From Paramecium tetraurelia (Eukaryota), in NCBI GenBank assembly GCA_000165425.1, contig CT868065.1:124001-174740 (forward strand): DNA of 50,740 bases. Direction: 5' to 3'. This document shows, in pieces, positions 10,787-22,900 of this stretch; within the stretch, counting starts at the first letter, position 1; every line of letters starts with the position of its first letter. The notes beneath the pieces are model-generated. The model made no database searches and was not told the origin of the DNA. It worked only from the letters and a program-made list of their open reading frames with translations. A program made the position numbers and the translations under genes.

Positions 10787-13700
10787 ATGAATAAAGTAAT
10801 CTTAACACTTATGATAATTGCAATAACCTATGCAACTTAAGCAGAAATGAAATCCTCGCATTTTAAAACTCGAGAGAGTAGTATTTGATTCGTATTTATT
10901 TCAAGGCTTGAGCTTTTAAGATGCCAATGATATAAATACAAATAAATTCACCTGCTAAATGGGTTTTGACTTTTATGATTACACCATCATAGAGTTATCT
11001 AAATGGGCTGATATTATTGAGCATAGAGATTAATTACAAAGAGATTTAACAATCATTGATTAAATCAGTAGATTGGTTGATAAGGCAAAACATATTGATG
11101 ATAGCTAATAATAAAGTATGAATGTTAAAAATTTAGGAATGTTCTTGCAAATAACTGGAAGCCTATAAAATTCTTTATTAGATATGACTCTTGCTTAATT
11201 AAATCATTAATGGGCTAGAGGAAATCTAGATTAATGCATAGAATATATGAGATAATTCTAAAATACTGTAGGGCATACAGAGCGAGTTACTATGGCAAAT
11301 AGAATTATGGATTATTTAGAAAACATGAAATATTAAATAAATAGAAATTTAAACGAATGCGCTTAATACAGACAATCATCAAGATTAAGATAAAAAATAA
11401 GGGATTTATAGATGAGAAAAAGAGAATGTCAAGAGAATTATAGTAGAAATAATCGAAGAGATATCAGTAATTAATACCCATACAATAAAAAACAGAATTA
11501 TGAATATGAATATGGTTAGTATCGTTCTAATTAAGGTTCATCAGTTACTTAATAAGACATCACTTAAATTAAACCCAATAGGCATTAGCCTTATAACAGA
11601 TAGCCAATTTTTTATAATGATGACGAAGTATGCCCTTAAGGTGAAGAGGATGATTCACCAAAAAATTTAACAGAGGAGTAGAATGAAGATAGTGTGGAAA
11701 AAGTTGAGGAAAGAGTGGATAAAGTTGAAGAAGAACCTAAAATCGAATCACCAGAAGAACAAGAGATTGAGATAGAACCTAGTCCGGATAGTAATTAAAT
11801 TAAGGAAGAGGAGGATGAATAAAAATTAGAAAATGATTCAAATTTAGATGACAAAAAGCCAAGAGAAATCATAATTGAAAGAGAATTTGGCCCAGATTCA
11901 GAACATCAAAATAATTATGACGAGCCAGAGGAATGCACAACTGCTGAATAAACGGAATTAGAATTAGATCCTACAGACAATAATAACTCTGAGCAACCAT
12001 AATAATAAGATGATAAGGATGAATAAGAGGTTGAACGGGAATAAAATTAATTAGAAAAAGAATAGGACAAAGAATAAAACATAGAAAAAGACGAAGAATA
12101 GGATAATGTATAGGATAGAGAATAAGACTTAGAATAGGATAAAGAAAAGAATAAAGAATAGGATAAAGAATAAGATAAAGAGTAGGAGAATGATTAGGAT
12201 TAAGAATAGGAGAATGAATAAGATGAAGAATAGGAAAAAGAATAAGAAAAAGATAAGGAAAAAGAAAAAGAAAAATAGAAAAGTGGACCATTAGAGATTC
12301 CTCCAGATGATGATGAAGAGCCTGTTGAAGGAGAATTAGTAAAGACAGAAGGTATTGGAGCTTCATCTGATGGTAGAATAGGAAATTAATAGACATAATA
12401 AAAATAGTTAATAGGATAAAGAATAAGAGAAGCAAAAATAGTAAGAAAGAACCTAGGATAAAGAATAAGATAGGCAAAAGTCATAAGATAGAACCTAGGA
12501 TAAATAATAAGATAAGCAAAATTAATAAGACAGAACCTAGGATAAAGAATAAGATAAGCAAAAATAATAAGACAGAACCTCAGATAAAGAATAAGATAAG
12601 TAAAAATAATAAGACAGAACCTCAGATAATGAATAAGATAAGCAAAAGTAATAAGAAAGAACCTAGGATAAAGAATAAAATAAGCAAAAATAATAAGACA
12701 GAACCTCAGATAAAGAATAAGATAAGCAAAAATAATAAGACAGAACCTCAGATAATGAATAAGATAAGCAAAAGTAATAAGATAGAACCTAGGATAAAGA
12801 ATAAAATAAGCAAAAATAATAAGACAGAACCTCAGATAATGAATAAGATAAGCAACAGTAATAAGATAGAACCTAGGATAAAGAATAAGATAAGCAAAAA
12901 TAATAAGACAGAACCTCAGATAAAGAATAAGATAAGCAAAAATAATAAGACAGAACCTCAGATAATGAATAAGATAAGCAAAAGTAATAAGATAGAACCT
13001 AGGATAAAGAATAAAATAAGCAAAAATAATAAGACAGAACCTCAGATAATGAATAAGATAAGCAACAGTAATAAGATAGAACCTAGGATAAAGAATAAAA
13101 TAAGCAAAAATAATAAGACAGAACCTCAGATAATGAATAAGATAGGCAAAAGTCATAAGATAGAACCTAGGATAAAGAATAAGATAAGCAAAAATAATAA
13201 GGCAGAACCTAGGATAAAGAATAAGAAAAGGAAAAAGAAAAAGAAAAATAAAAAAGTGGACCATTAGAGATTCCTCCAGATGATGATGAAGAACCTGTTG
13301 AAGGAGAATTAGTTAAAACAGAAGGTATTGGAGCATCATCTGATGGTAGAATAGGAAATTAATAGACATAATAGTAAAAATAACAATTATAAAATGATAA
13401 AGTGAGCGAAAAGAAAAAACTCCGGGATGAAGAGTCAGAAAATAAATTAAAAAGTGAAACTCTACAAAATAATGATCATGAAAGTGAAGAAGATGTTTAT
13501 GAATAAGATGAAGTTGATGAACCTGACGGAAGAGGAGGAACCATAAAGGTAAAGAAAATAGTTAAAAGAAGAGTGAAAAAAACCAAGAGAATCAGCGGAT
13601 CTAGCTCTTCTTAATCATCAAGTGGAAAAAGTTCATCAATAAGTAGTAGTTAATCTAATAAGTCTACTGGAGGTAGTTCATCAACTTCTACATAAAGTTA

Positions 13701-16700
13701 AAATTCTTAATAAAAATCATCATCCTCAGATTATAAGCCTCCAAGATATGGAGATGATGCAAGCGAAGAAGACATATTTGAATAAGTTGAAGTTGAAGAA
13801 CCAGATGGAAGAGGAGGAACGAAAAAAGTAAAAACAATGGTTAGAAAAAGAGTTAAAAAGAACAAAAAAACAACTGGAGCATCAGGATCCTCATCATCTT
13901 CATCTTAAAAATCCAGTTCCTCTGGTTCATCAAGCTCCTCAAGTTCTTCTGGTTCATCAAGCTCATCAAGTTCTTCTGGATCATCAAGTTCCTCAAGTTC
14001 TTCTGGTTCATCAAGCTCATCAAGTTCTTCTGGTTCTTCAAGCTCATCAAGTTCATCAAGTTCTTCTGGTTCATCAAGCTCATCAAGTTCATCAATAAGT
14101 AGTAGTAAATCTAATAAGTCTACTGGAGGTAGTTCATCAACATCTACCCAAAATTAAAATTCTCAATAAGAATCATCTTCAGACTATAAGCCTCCAAGAT
14201 ATGGAGATGATGCAAGTGAAGAAGACATATTTGAATAAGTTGAAGTTGAAGAACCAGATGGAAGAGGAGGAACGAAAAAAGTAAAAACAATGGTTAGAAA
14301 AAGAGTTAAAAAGACTAAAAAAACAACTGGAGCATCAGGATCCTCATCGTCTTCATCTTAAAAATCCAGTTCCTCTGGTTCATCAAGCTCATCAAGTTCA
14401 TCAAGTTCTTCTGGTTCATCAAGCTCATCAAGTTCATCAATAAGTAGTGGTTAATCTAATAAGTCTACCGGAGGTAGTTCATCAACTTCTGCATAAAGTT
14501 AAAATTCTTAATAAAAATCATCATCCTCAGATTATAAGCCTCCAAGATATGGAGATGATGCAAGCGAAGAAGACATATTTGAATAAGTTGAAGTTGAAGA
14601 ACCAGATGGAAGAGGAGGAACGAAAAAAGTAAAAACAATGGTTAGAAAAAGAGTTAAAAAGACCAAAAAAACAACTGGAGCATCAGGATCCTCATCGTCT
14701 TCATCTTAAAAATCCAGTTCCTCTGGTTCATCAAGCTCCTCAAGCTCATCAATTTCCTCAAGTTCTTCTGGTTCATCAAGTTCTTCTAATACAAAATCAT
14801 CAAGTTCAACAAGTGGGACCACTCATAATTCTAATGAACATACTTAATCATAAGTCAGCCAAGAATCTTTAAACAAATCAAAAGTTAGTCAATCAGTTGC
14901 AGATAAATTAACATAAAAATATTCTGAAGCTGAATCAAGGGAGCAAGCATAATCATCCACTTCTGATTCCAGAAATATCTAAAGTGGAAGCGCAAACAAA
15001 TAATAAATTGCATCTGGAGGTTCAAGCAGCAGTTCAAATAGCAGTTCAGCCAATAAGTCAAGCAGTAGCTCAAGCAGTAGTTCAAGCAGTAGTTCAAGCA
15101 GCAGTTCAAGCAGCAGTTAAAAATAAAGCTCAAGTAGCAATGCAAGTAATGCTAAGAGTTCTAGCAATTCAAATACTAATAATTCAAGCTAAAAATCTGC
15201 ATCATAGGCTTCCTAAAGTCAAAATGGTAAGTAGGCATCTTCTTCCAGCAAATCATCCTCCTCAAAAGGCTCTTCAGGATCAAAGAAAAATGTTGTGAAA
15301 ACTGAGGATGGAGAAGAAGTTTGGGAAGAAGTTACTGTCGAAGAGGTAACAGAATACACAATAGACTCCGACGGAAATATGAAAGTTATTTCTTAGACAA
15401 GTACATAAATTCCAAAGACAAAAACATACTATCTAAATTCAATAGGGGAATAATAAATAAATCTTGATAGTGAACAAAATGATGAAAACGATTTTAAAAA
15501 CTCCTTTGAAAACTCTAAAAATGAGTCTATTCCTGATAATGATACATACGATCTAAACGATTTCGGCAATGATTATCTCTATGAAAAAGATGGAGATAAA
15601 TAAGAGGATAATTTACAGGAAAATGAATAAGTGTTAGAAGAAGATGGGCCTAATAATGTTTAAGAGTAGTAAAGTGAAATAATTGTAGATCCATAATTAG
15701 AAGATGACTAAGACTATATTTATTATCAAATAGAAGGTGATTCTATTATCTATTATTAATATGATGCTATTAAAAACGTTTACCATAAGGTTAAGATAGT
15801 TGATCCAGAATAAAAAAAATCTCTTATAATATAGGATTCCTAATTTGATGATGTATTAGATGATGTGATAAATGAGAATAAAGATTAAGAAACATTGCCA
15901 GCAGAAGACGCAATTGGGTAAGAAAAAGTCAATAAATAAGAGCAAAAAGTGTCAGAAGATGAATAGAAGGCAGAAGCTCAAAAAAAATTGTCAAAAGAAA
16001 ATTCTTAAAATTAAGAAAAAAATTCTTCTAACGAGGTCGAACCTAAAGATAATAAAAATTAGCCGGAGGTTAAAAATACCGAGGAAGGTGAATAAACAAA
16101 ATAAAAAGAAGATTTGGGTTAGGATGGCAAATAATTATAAAAATAAGAAGATTAAACAGAAGAAAAGATAGGAAACAGAGTTAAGGGTCTTATCAAAGAA
16201 GAAAATGTTAAAATAGATAGTATTAGTTCTGAAAAAGATCAAATAGAAGTAAAAGATGAGAAAGAAAAATCTTTAAAAATTTAATCATTGAAAGAGGAGT
16301 TCAATCCTAATGAACCCACCTAATATGAACCACCAAAGCATAAAGTTAATGTTAGACCAAAGACAGAGAAGGTTAATATACCAGTGTCTACAAAATATGT
16401 GAAATCTTCTTATGATGGTGATGTTGCTGAATAATTTGAATTTGCAGACAGAGAGCTCCTTTAAGATTCTGATGAATATGGATATGGATTTTGGGTGAGA
16501 TACACTTCAAATGCACCAAAAGTACATGTAAGAAAACCAGAAACCTATTATTTCTTATCTCGACTAACCTCAAATCAAGAATACAAAGACTTGGCTTATT
16601 ATGGGGATAGAACTTTAGCTATATTTATGATAGAAAATTCCTTTATTTTTTCCACCTATGATCATTAAGAAAAGAAAAAAGTAAAAGACTAGGTTGTGGC

Positions 16701-19700
16701 CTTAAATGAAGATTTAGACAGCATGTGGTACTTTATCACATTCTCATACAGCACAGCTAAAAAATCTGCAGTGGGTTTTGTGATTGGTTATGGGGATAAT
16801 AATAAAATTTTAAAGGCAGAAATTTAATGCAGACATGTACCACCATAATACTTTAAACTATTGATTGGTGGAAAACATATGACATATGAAGGATTTAATG
16901 GCCAATTTGCAAATATATTTTATGATATTGATGCTCCAGCCTTTGTAGACACAGAGGCAAAAATAATAGAAATCATAAAGACCATTTCAAATGCGCCTCA
17001 ATAAGTTACAAATTTAATCGATTTAGAAGTTATATCAACTCCAAAATTATTCAATGCTAATACAGCAAGCGATTCTGTCATATTGGATCCTCAAGAGTCT
17101 TAACTAATAATTGAAGAATATAGCGTTGCAGCTTGGTTTAGATGGATTGATGACTTAAAAGTGGATAGTGAAAATACTTTCTAAATATTTAATTTAAGAT
17201 CAAATGAAAAAAAATCGTAAGGAAAAGGAATTTTAGGTGACAGATCATTAGAAATGCATTATATTTATGGAGGAGGATCTTAAAGTTCTGTATACTTTAA
17301 TACTTATACGATTGAAGGTAATAAAGCAAAAGGATCAAGTTATTTATCAAAAATAGTGTAATCTCCTAATTATATTTGGTAATATGGCTATATGGCATAT
17401 GATAATGATAAAATGAAAGTTTATGGAGCATTAATAAGACCAGGAAAATCTAATGAGATTACATTCGACCCAATTCAACATAAATTGATAACCAAATTAT
17501 ACTTCACCTTAGGAGGAGACGATTATGTTTCGCCATTTAATGGTAAAATTGGATATGTAGGAGTGTACTTAGGACCTGGAGCATACAGGTAAGCACTTAA
17601 TTTTGGTTAATAATTTTAATATGGAGATGGTGCCATGAACGTGTTTTAATTAATGAAACCAATTCAATATAAAGAAGATGCTTTAGACCCTAATGTAGTA
17701 AGAGATTGCGCCTATGATGGTGAAAGTTCATTAGTAGACAAGATTCTAATTCATGATGACTAGAAATTAAGAATAAATGGCTAAAGTGAATATTCATTTG
17801 GAATGTGGACTAGATGGTTGAGTACGATGCCTAAGTATTTGGTATAAAGAGGAGCAGTTCATAATATTGCTCGATTAGGTACTGAGCCTTACTTGATTGA
17901 ATCAGTTGATGGTAAATTAAAAAGAGCAAATAATAGAGCATAAACACCAAAGGATTAAACTTTGGCAGTAACCTTAAGCAAAGAAGCATATGAATTTTAT
18001 ACCTATAGTGCCAAGGATGAAATAGAATTTACAAAATTAGAAGGCTGGTGGAATTACATTTACTTTGGATATAAAAGATTTGGAGATAAGGGTACAGCGA
18101 GAGGATATGTTTAGTTTGGTGTAGATGGTGAGATAAAGGAGGTTTCTTTTGATATTTACCATGATTATATTTTGGAATATGTTGAATTTGTAGTTGGTAA
18201 GTCATAGGCACCATTCTTTAATGGTTAAATGGCGAAAATATAATGTTCAATTGGGCCAGGAGCATTTGTGCAAAGTGCTGATAATCTAAGACTATATACT
18301 TAAAATACACTACCTGAAAAAGCTTAAATACATCCAGTTTCAAGATAAACTCAATAATTAATTGGTACACCAGTTAATGAGCCTTCCAATTAATTTTAAT
18401 TTGATAAATTTTAAGGAGCTCTAGAATATGCAATTTCAGGTTGGGTTAAATGGAGTGGTATATAAAAATTTGGTAAAGTGTCTCATATTATCACAATGGC
18501 ATAAAAGAGATTAGCTGACTTGGATGGAAAGAATGAGGAAACGCTAAAGATTCAGAGATCTGATTTATCGTATATTTACTCAACTTATAATTGCAAAGGT
18601 GAAGATTGTTCTAAAATTTAAATTAAAGAATAATAATTTGGAGAGTATTGGGATTAATGGTCTTATGTATATTTTGGCTATTCAACTCCGTTGAAGAAGG
18701 CATTTGGTTATATTAAGTATATATTTAGTGATGACAAATTTTTGTTAGATGATATTAATCATTTTTATTTGGCTGTTTTCAGTGTAATAATAGGAAGTGA
18801 ATCGGTTAAATTTTAAGGTTAAATGAAAACATGGGTAATTAATATTGGATAAGGATCTTATAGAGAGGGTGGATTTGAGAGTGATGAAAATATTAAAGTT
18901 CATTTTGGATTTATAAGTGGAACTGATCACATTAAATTATAATAAGCAGGATAAGAGGCTCATCATGAAGAATAAGTTCTAGAATGTTCAGCAAATGGCA
19001 AAGAAGTTCCTTTGCATGTACAATTTGAATAAAGTGATAAATTAAATCTTTAAGGAGTAAGTGAATATGGTTATGGATTTTGGGCTAGATTTTAACATTT
19101 CGCAAATAAAGGTGTGTTATATTAATAGCCATAATGGATGGGTATGGCTAGATTGACAAGTTAAAAAGATTATAAAGATTTTGATTAACCAGGAGATAGA
19201 GTCCTATTGGTGTTGATGGGCAAAAATGTTTATCACTTTTCAACTTACAATGTACAACCAGCCTCAAATAATGTGAATGGAAATATACCTTATGCAATAG
19301 AATCAGAAAGTGAATGGACATACATTTATTTTAGTTATAAGAGAATTTCCTAGACTCTGGGACATGCAGTAGCTTTTACTTCTTTTGGAGAAATCACACC
19401 TGGTATTTAAATGGATGTATTACATAATTTACTCTAAAATTATTTGTAATTAACGATTGGACATGCAGGTAAATATTATCCAAACTTTAATGGGTAAATC
19501 ACAACAGTAAGATTCAATTTAGGACCTGGAGCATTTGTTGAAAATACAGCAGGCATTATGGCTAGAATTAAGAATAAAGATCCAAAACCTGATATTTTAT
19601 CAGTTCCTAAAATCTATGAAGTATTTGTTGGTAAACAAGATGCTACAAAACTTAAAATTGATAATCCTGTCATTATTGAGTAAGAAGCGAGAGAATATTC

Positions 19701-22700
19701 AGTTTAATTATGGTTCAGATGGTTCAAAACTCCAGTTAAACCAAATTAAGTGATTTATAGATTATCAGCTAACAGAGCTGAAAATGATGCCTAGAAGATT
19801 GGTGATAAGGTGTTAATGCTAACTCATATTGGAACTGCTTTATTTAGTACTTACACTTTACAAGATTCAATTATGAATGTCCCTTTTGAATGTAACATAC
19901 CAAGATAATCACTTGAAATTTGGACATTTGCTTATTTCGCTTATTCTAAGAAGGAAAGAAAAGTATAATATTATTTGAAAGCTGATGCTCATGAAAATAA
20001 AGGATTAGAACCTATAATACATGCCGTATCTTCTAAGTTTTGGTTGTATGCAGGAAGAGATGGTCTTTTGGAGAACTTTAATAGTAGAGTGGCGTAATTA
20101 ACCTTAAATTTTGGTGAGGGATCTTTTCGTAAAGAAAACTTTTTATAATTGCCAGTATATTTGTTATCTACAAAACTATTTTCATAAGAAAAGAAGAATA
20201 ATTGGGAAAATTCAGGAAAGATAGTTTTTGGTTAACCTTAAACTGTTAAATTTGTAGATGAACCAGATAGACCAATTGAATCAATGTAAGAATATAGCAT
20301 AGGGTTTTGGTGCAGGTTTTTATAAGCATGGCCTGAAAGATTGTATAGATTATAATAGGAAATGTAATTAGTTAGATTAACCTCTAATGAATAGATAGAA
20401 GTTGGTAAAATAGCAATGGGAGATAGGATATTGGCATCTCATGTTATTTAAGGTCATTTTCAATTTTCTACCTATGACTTGAATGATGATGCACCTAATG
20501 AATTAAGAACTATACCATATTCTAAATTAGAAGGATAATGGAATTATATCTACATGGGTTATTAGAGAGTAAGCTAATTAGCCTCATATTTTGTTTTTGA
20601 TGGAAAAGAGATATAGTAGGCTAAAAACTAAGATTTATTACACAAGCCTTTGGGAGACTATGTTATTTTCCACTTAGGAGGTGAGCCAGATATCCCTGGA
20701 TTTTAAGGATTAATGTGCAAGATAGCAGTAAACTTCGGAGTTGGATCATTCTTTGGTTTGGTAGAAGATGTGAAGAAAACGATTGACAATTCATTTGCCC
20801 TTGATTAATAACTGACTGTGGACTTTATTCATAAGGAAAAACATGGATAATAAGAATTAATTGGTAAATTGGAAACAGTCGCTGATGATGTCGGAGGAGC
20901 TGAATTGAGAGGGGATACTTGGTCTTAAGTTGGTGAATATTCAATCAGTGGATGGCTCAAGATTGCTGAACTTAAAGGATAAAATGCCAACGATTGTTAA
21001 ATCTTATTTAGAGTTACTAATAATGATAAGGAGCATTTAAATGACAAAAGATTTTAAGGAGATAGGACACTTTATGCCTCTGTTTGTGTGGATTCCATTA
21101 AATTATCCACTTACACCATACATGGATTGAAAGATTGGAATGAAGCCAAGTTCTTGGAAGAAAAGGTGGATTTAGGTCATAATAAGAAGGCATGGATATA
21201 TATTTATATGGGATACAATGAAGATATTTAAGAGGTTCATGCATTGCTACATTTGTTCGATCAAGATAAACCTCTTATTTTTAAAGGAGTTTAACATTAT
21301 GTACCACATTATACAGGGATCTATGTAGCCAAAGATCCATTTACTAAAAGATTCTAAGGTGATCTATAAAAGTGGGTTGCCTAATATGGTTCAAATGCCT
21401 TTATTAGTATTTAAAAGCGAGGTTATGAAGATATGTTAACAAATTATAGAGCTTTGGCAACTAACTAAAAATATATGTGGTTTTCTAAAGAAGATGGAGT
21501 AATTGAAACAGAAAAAGCTATAACATAAGTCTTTACTACTGAAGTCGAATCTGTTGATGAATATTCTATAGGTGTTTGGACCAGATGGTTAATTTCCTTC
21601 CCAACTACTCTTACTGAAAGATAAGAAAGACATAATATTTTCAGGTTCTCATCTAATAAAGAAGATTAAGATAAAAGCGAATTGGGAGACAGGGTATTGG
21701 CTGCATTTTTAACTCTTGGAAATTATGAATTTAGCACATATGATGTTCTCAAACCATCTAATGCAGTTGATGCCAAATTACCATATACAGAATTAGAAGG
21801 TGCTTGGACATATGTTTATGCAACTTACAAAACTGGGTAGTTCTATGGAATGGTGTTGTTTAGAGAATAGTAAAAAGCCTAACATATTGAATTATAAGTC
21901 CAACATAAGGCATTAACTGGCTATTCCAAGTTTGTTTTAGGAGCTAAAGAGTTTGGATTCAGAGGATTTCATGGATGGTTATTTGATCCTAGAATCTTCT
22001 TGGGTTAAGGATCATTTATTAATGAAGGTTAGAAAGTTGTTGACATGGTACTCAAGCTGCATCGTAAATTACCAGTCCAACCACTTGATGCTGAAGATTT
22101 TAAGTGGCCTGTCTAAATGATAGACACTACTCTTTAAGATGAAATAAATAACAAAAAAGATAAGTTTTCATTTACATTCAATGATAAACCAGGTTTGGTT
22201 GAATACTCATATGGGTTCTGGATGTAAAATGCTGTCCTTACACCTGAATTAAATGATGAATACAGAGGCCTGGTAAGATTATCAACAAACAACGAAGGTT
22301 CTGATGAAAGATATATTGGTGATAGAACTCTAGCTTTATTTACAAAGACTGATGAAATCGTAGCTAGTACTTATACTCTCAAGGATCCTACTTTCGAACC
22401 AGTTACGCATACTTTCAAACTCATACCTTATTAATGGTCTTTTGTTTATTTCGGTTATATTCCTGGAAGGGCAAGAATCTATATTTTGGGAATCAAGGGA
22501 CCTGAAGAATAGATTTTGAATGTAAAACATGCTATTCCAAATTCTTTTTATCTTAATTTAATTAAAGATTAATCCCATCCTCTATTTTTTGTAAATAATT
22601 TATTTAATTTTAGGGAAAATTTTATGGATTTAAATTATTATTTGGATAGGGTAGCTATTTGGCCAATCCTTAAGAAATTATAGAAAAATGGCCTTATGAT

Positions 22701-22808
22701 CCAAAAGCATTGCCACCTCCTCCAAAATAAGAGGAAAAAATCCTATCATTAAATTCAGCCAAAGTAGATAGGGCATAAAATAAGGATCATGAAAAGTTTG
22801 AAGAATGA
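10787..22808 (+). CDS. Giant (~3980 aa) secreted protein: signal peptide, helical N-domain, Q/E/K and Ser-rich repeat stalk, ten tandem LamG/concanavalin-A-like domains
   Basis: ATG 10787 (MNKVILTLMIIAITYA), introns at about 10881-10905, 11116-11136 and 22591-22613, TGA 22806-22808. The code-6 frame is open from 12409 to 22590. The upstream part is in a different frame, with the discontinuity near 12408. No C-terminal TM or GPI signal seen. Confidence 0.85.
12255..13373 (+). repeat. ~146-nt direct repeat pair (12255-12400 and 13228-13373) bracketing the 42-nt array
   Basis: Both copies encode KEKEKEKQKSGPLEIPPDDDEEPVEGELVKTEGIGASSDGRIGNQQTQ. The differences are synonymous (GCT/GCA, GTA AAG/GTT AAA, GAG/GAA, TAG/TAA). 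Offset is 973 nt. Confidence 0.92.
12409..13225 (+). repeat. Coding minisatellite, 42-nt unit, about 19.5 copies, encoding T(Q/S)D(K/N)EQDKQKQQDR
   Basis: The ACC codon recurs every 42 nt from 12451 to 13207 (19 copies). Consensus: acctaggataaagaataagataagcaaaaataataagacaga. Confidence 0.95.
13630..14790 (+). repeat. Three long coding modules (periods 456 and 345 nt) with a variable internal Ser/Gly microsatellite
   Basis: agttcatcaataagtagt starts at 13630, 14086 and 14431. Each module contains DYKPPRYGDDASEEDIFEQVEVEEPDGRGGTKKVKTMVRKRVKK followed by (tcatcaagy/tcttctggt)n. A diverged fourth core lies at about 13490-13590. Confidence 0.92.
16400..22700 (+). repeat. Ten diverged ~210-aa beta-sandwich (LamG/ConA-like) domain repeats
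   Basis: An EY(S/G/A)xxxW motif occurs near 16474, 17116, 17788, 18424, 19063, 19693, 20290, 20935, 21559 and 22201. Each is followed by a GDRxL-like motif, F(S/Y/N)TY, WxYxYFxY, FNG/FQG and GxG(A/S)(F/Y). Confidence 0.85.
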
Positions 22809-22900
22809 TTTGTTTTAAACTCAAATTTAAATATAATTTATCATATTATCAATTTTGTTTTTAAATTTTAGTCTTGCTAAGTTCTGTGATTTTTTATTTG

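Noticed and set aside
12409..13225. Possible CRISPR array
   Set aside because: The units are contiguous with no unique spacers, are in-frame coding, and sit in a eukaryotic gene with no cas genes nearby.
12386..13267. Long ORF-track entries 12386-13264 (minus, 292 aa hydrophobic) and 12629-13267 (plus, EPRIKNK repeats)
   Set aside because: These are shadow frames of the 42-nt repeat. The Gln-rich frame is continuous with the downstream gene and shows synonymous CAA/TAA swaps.
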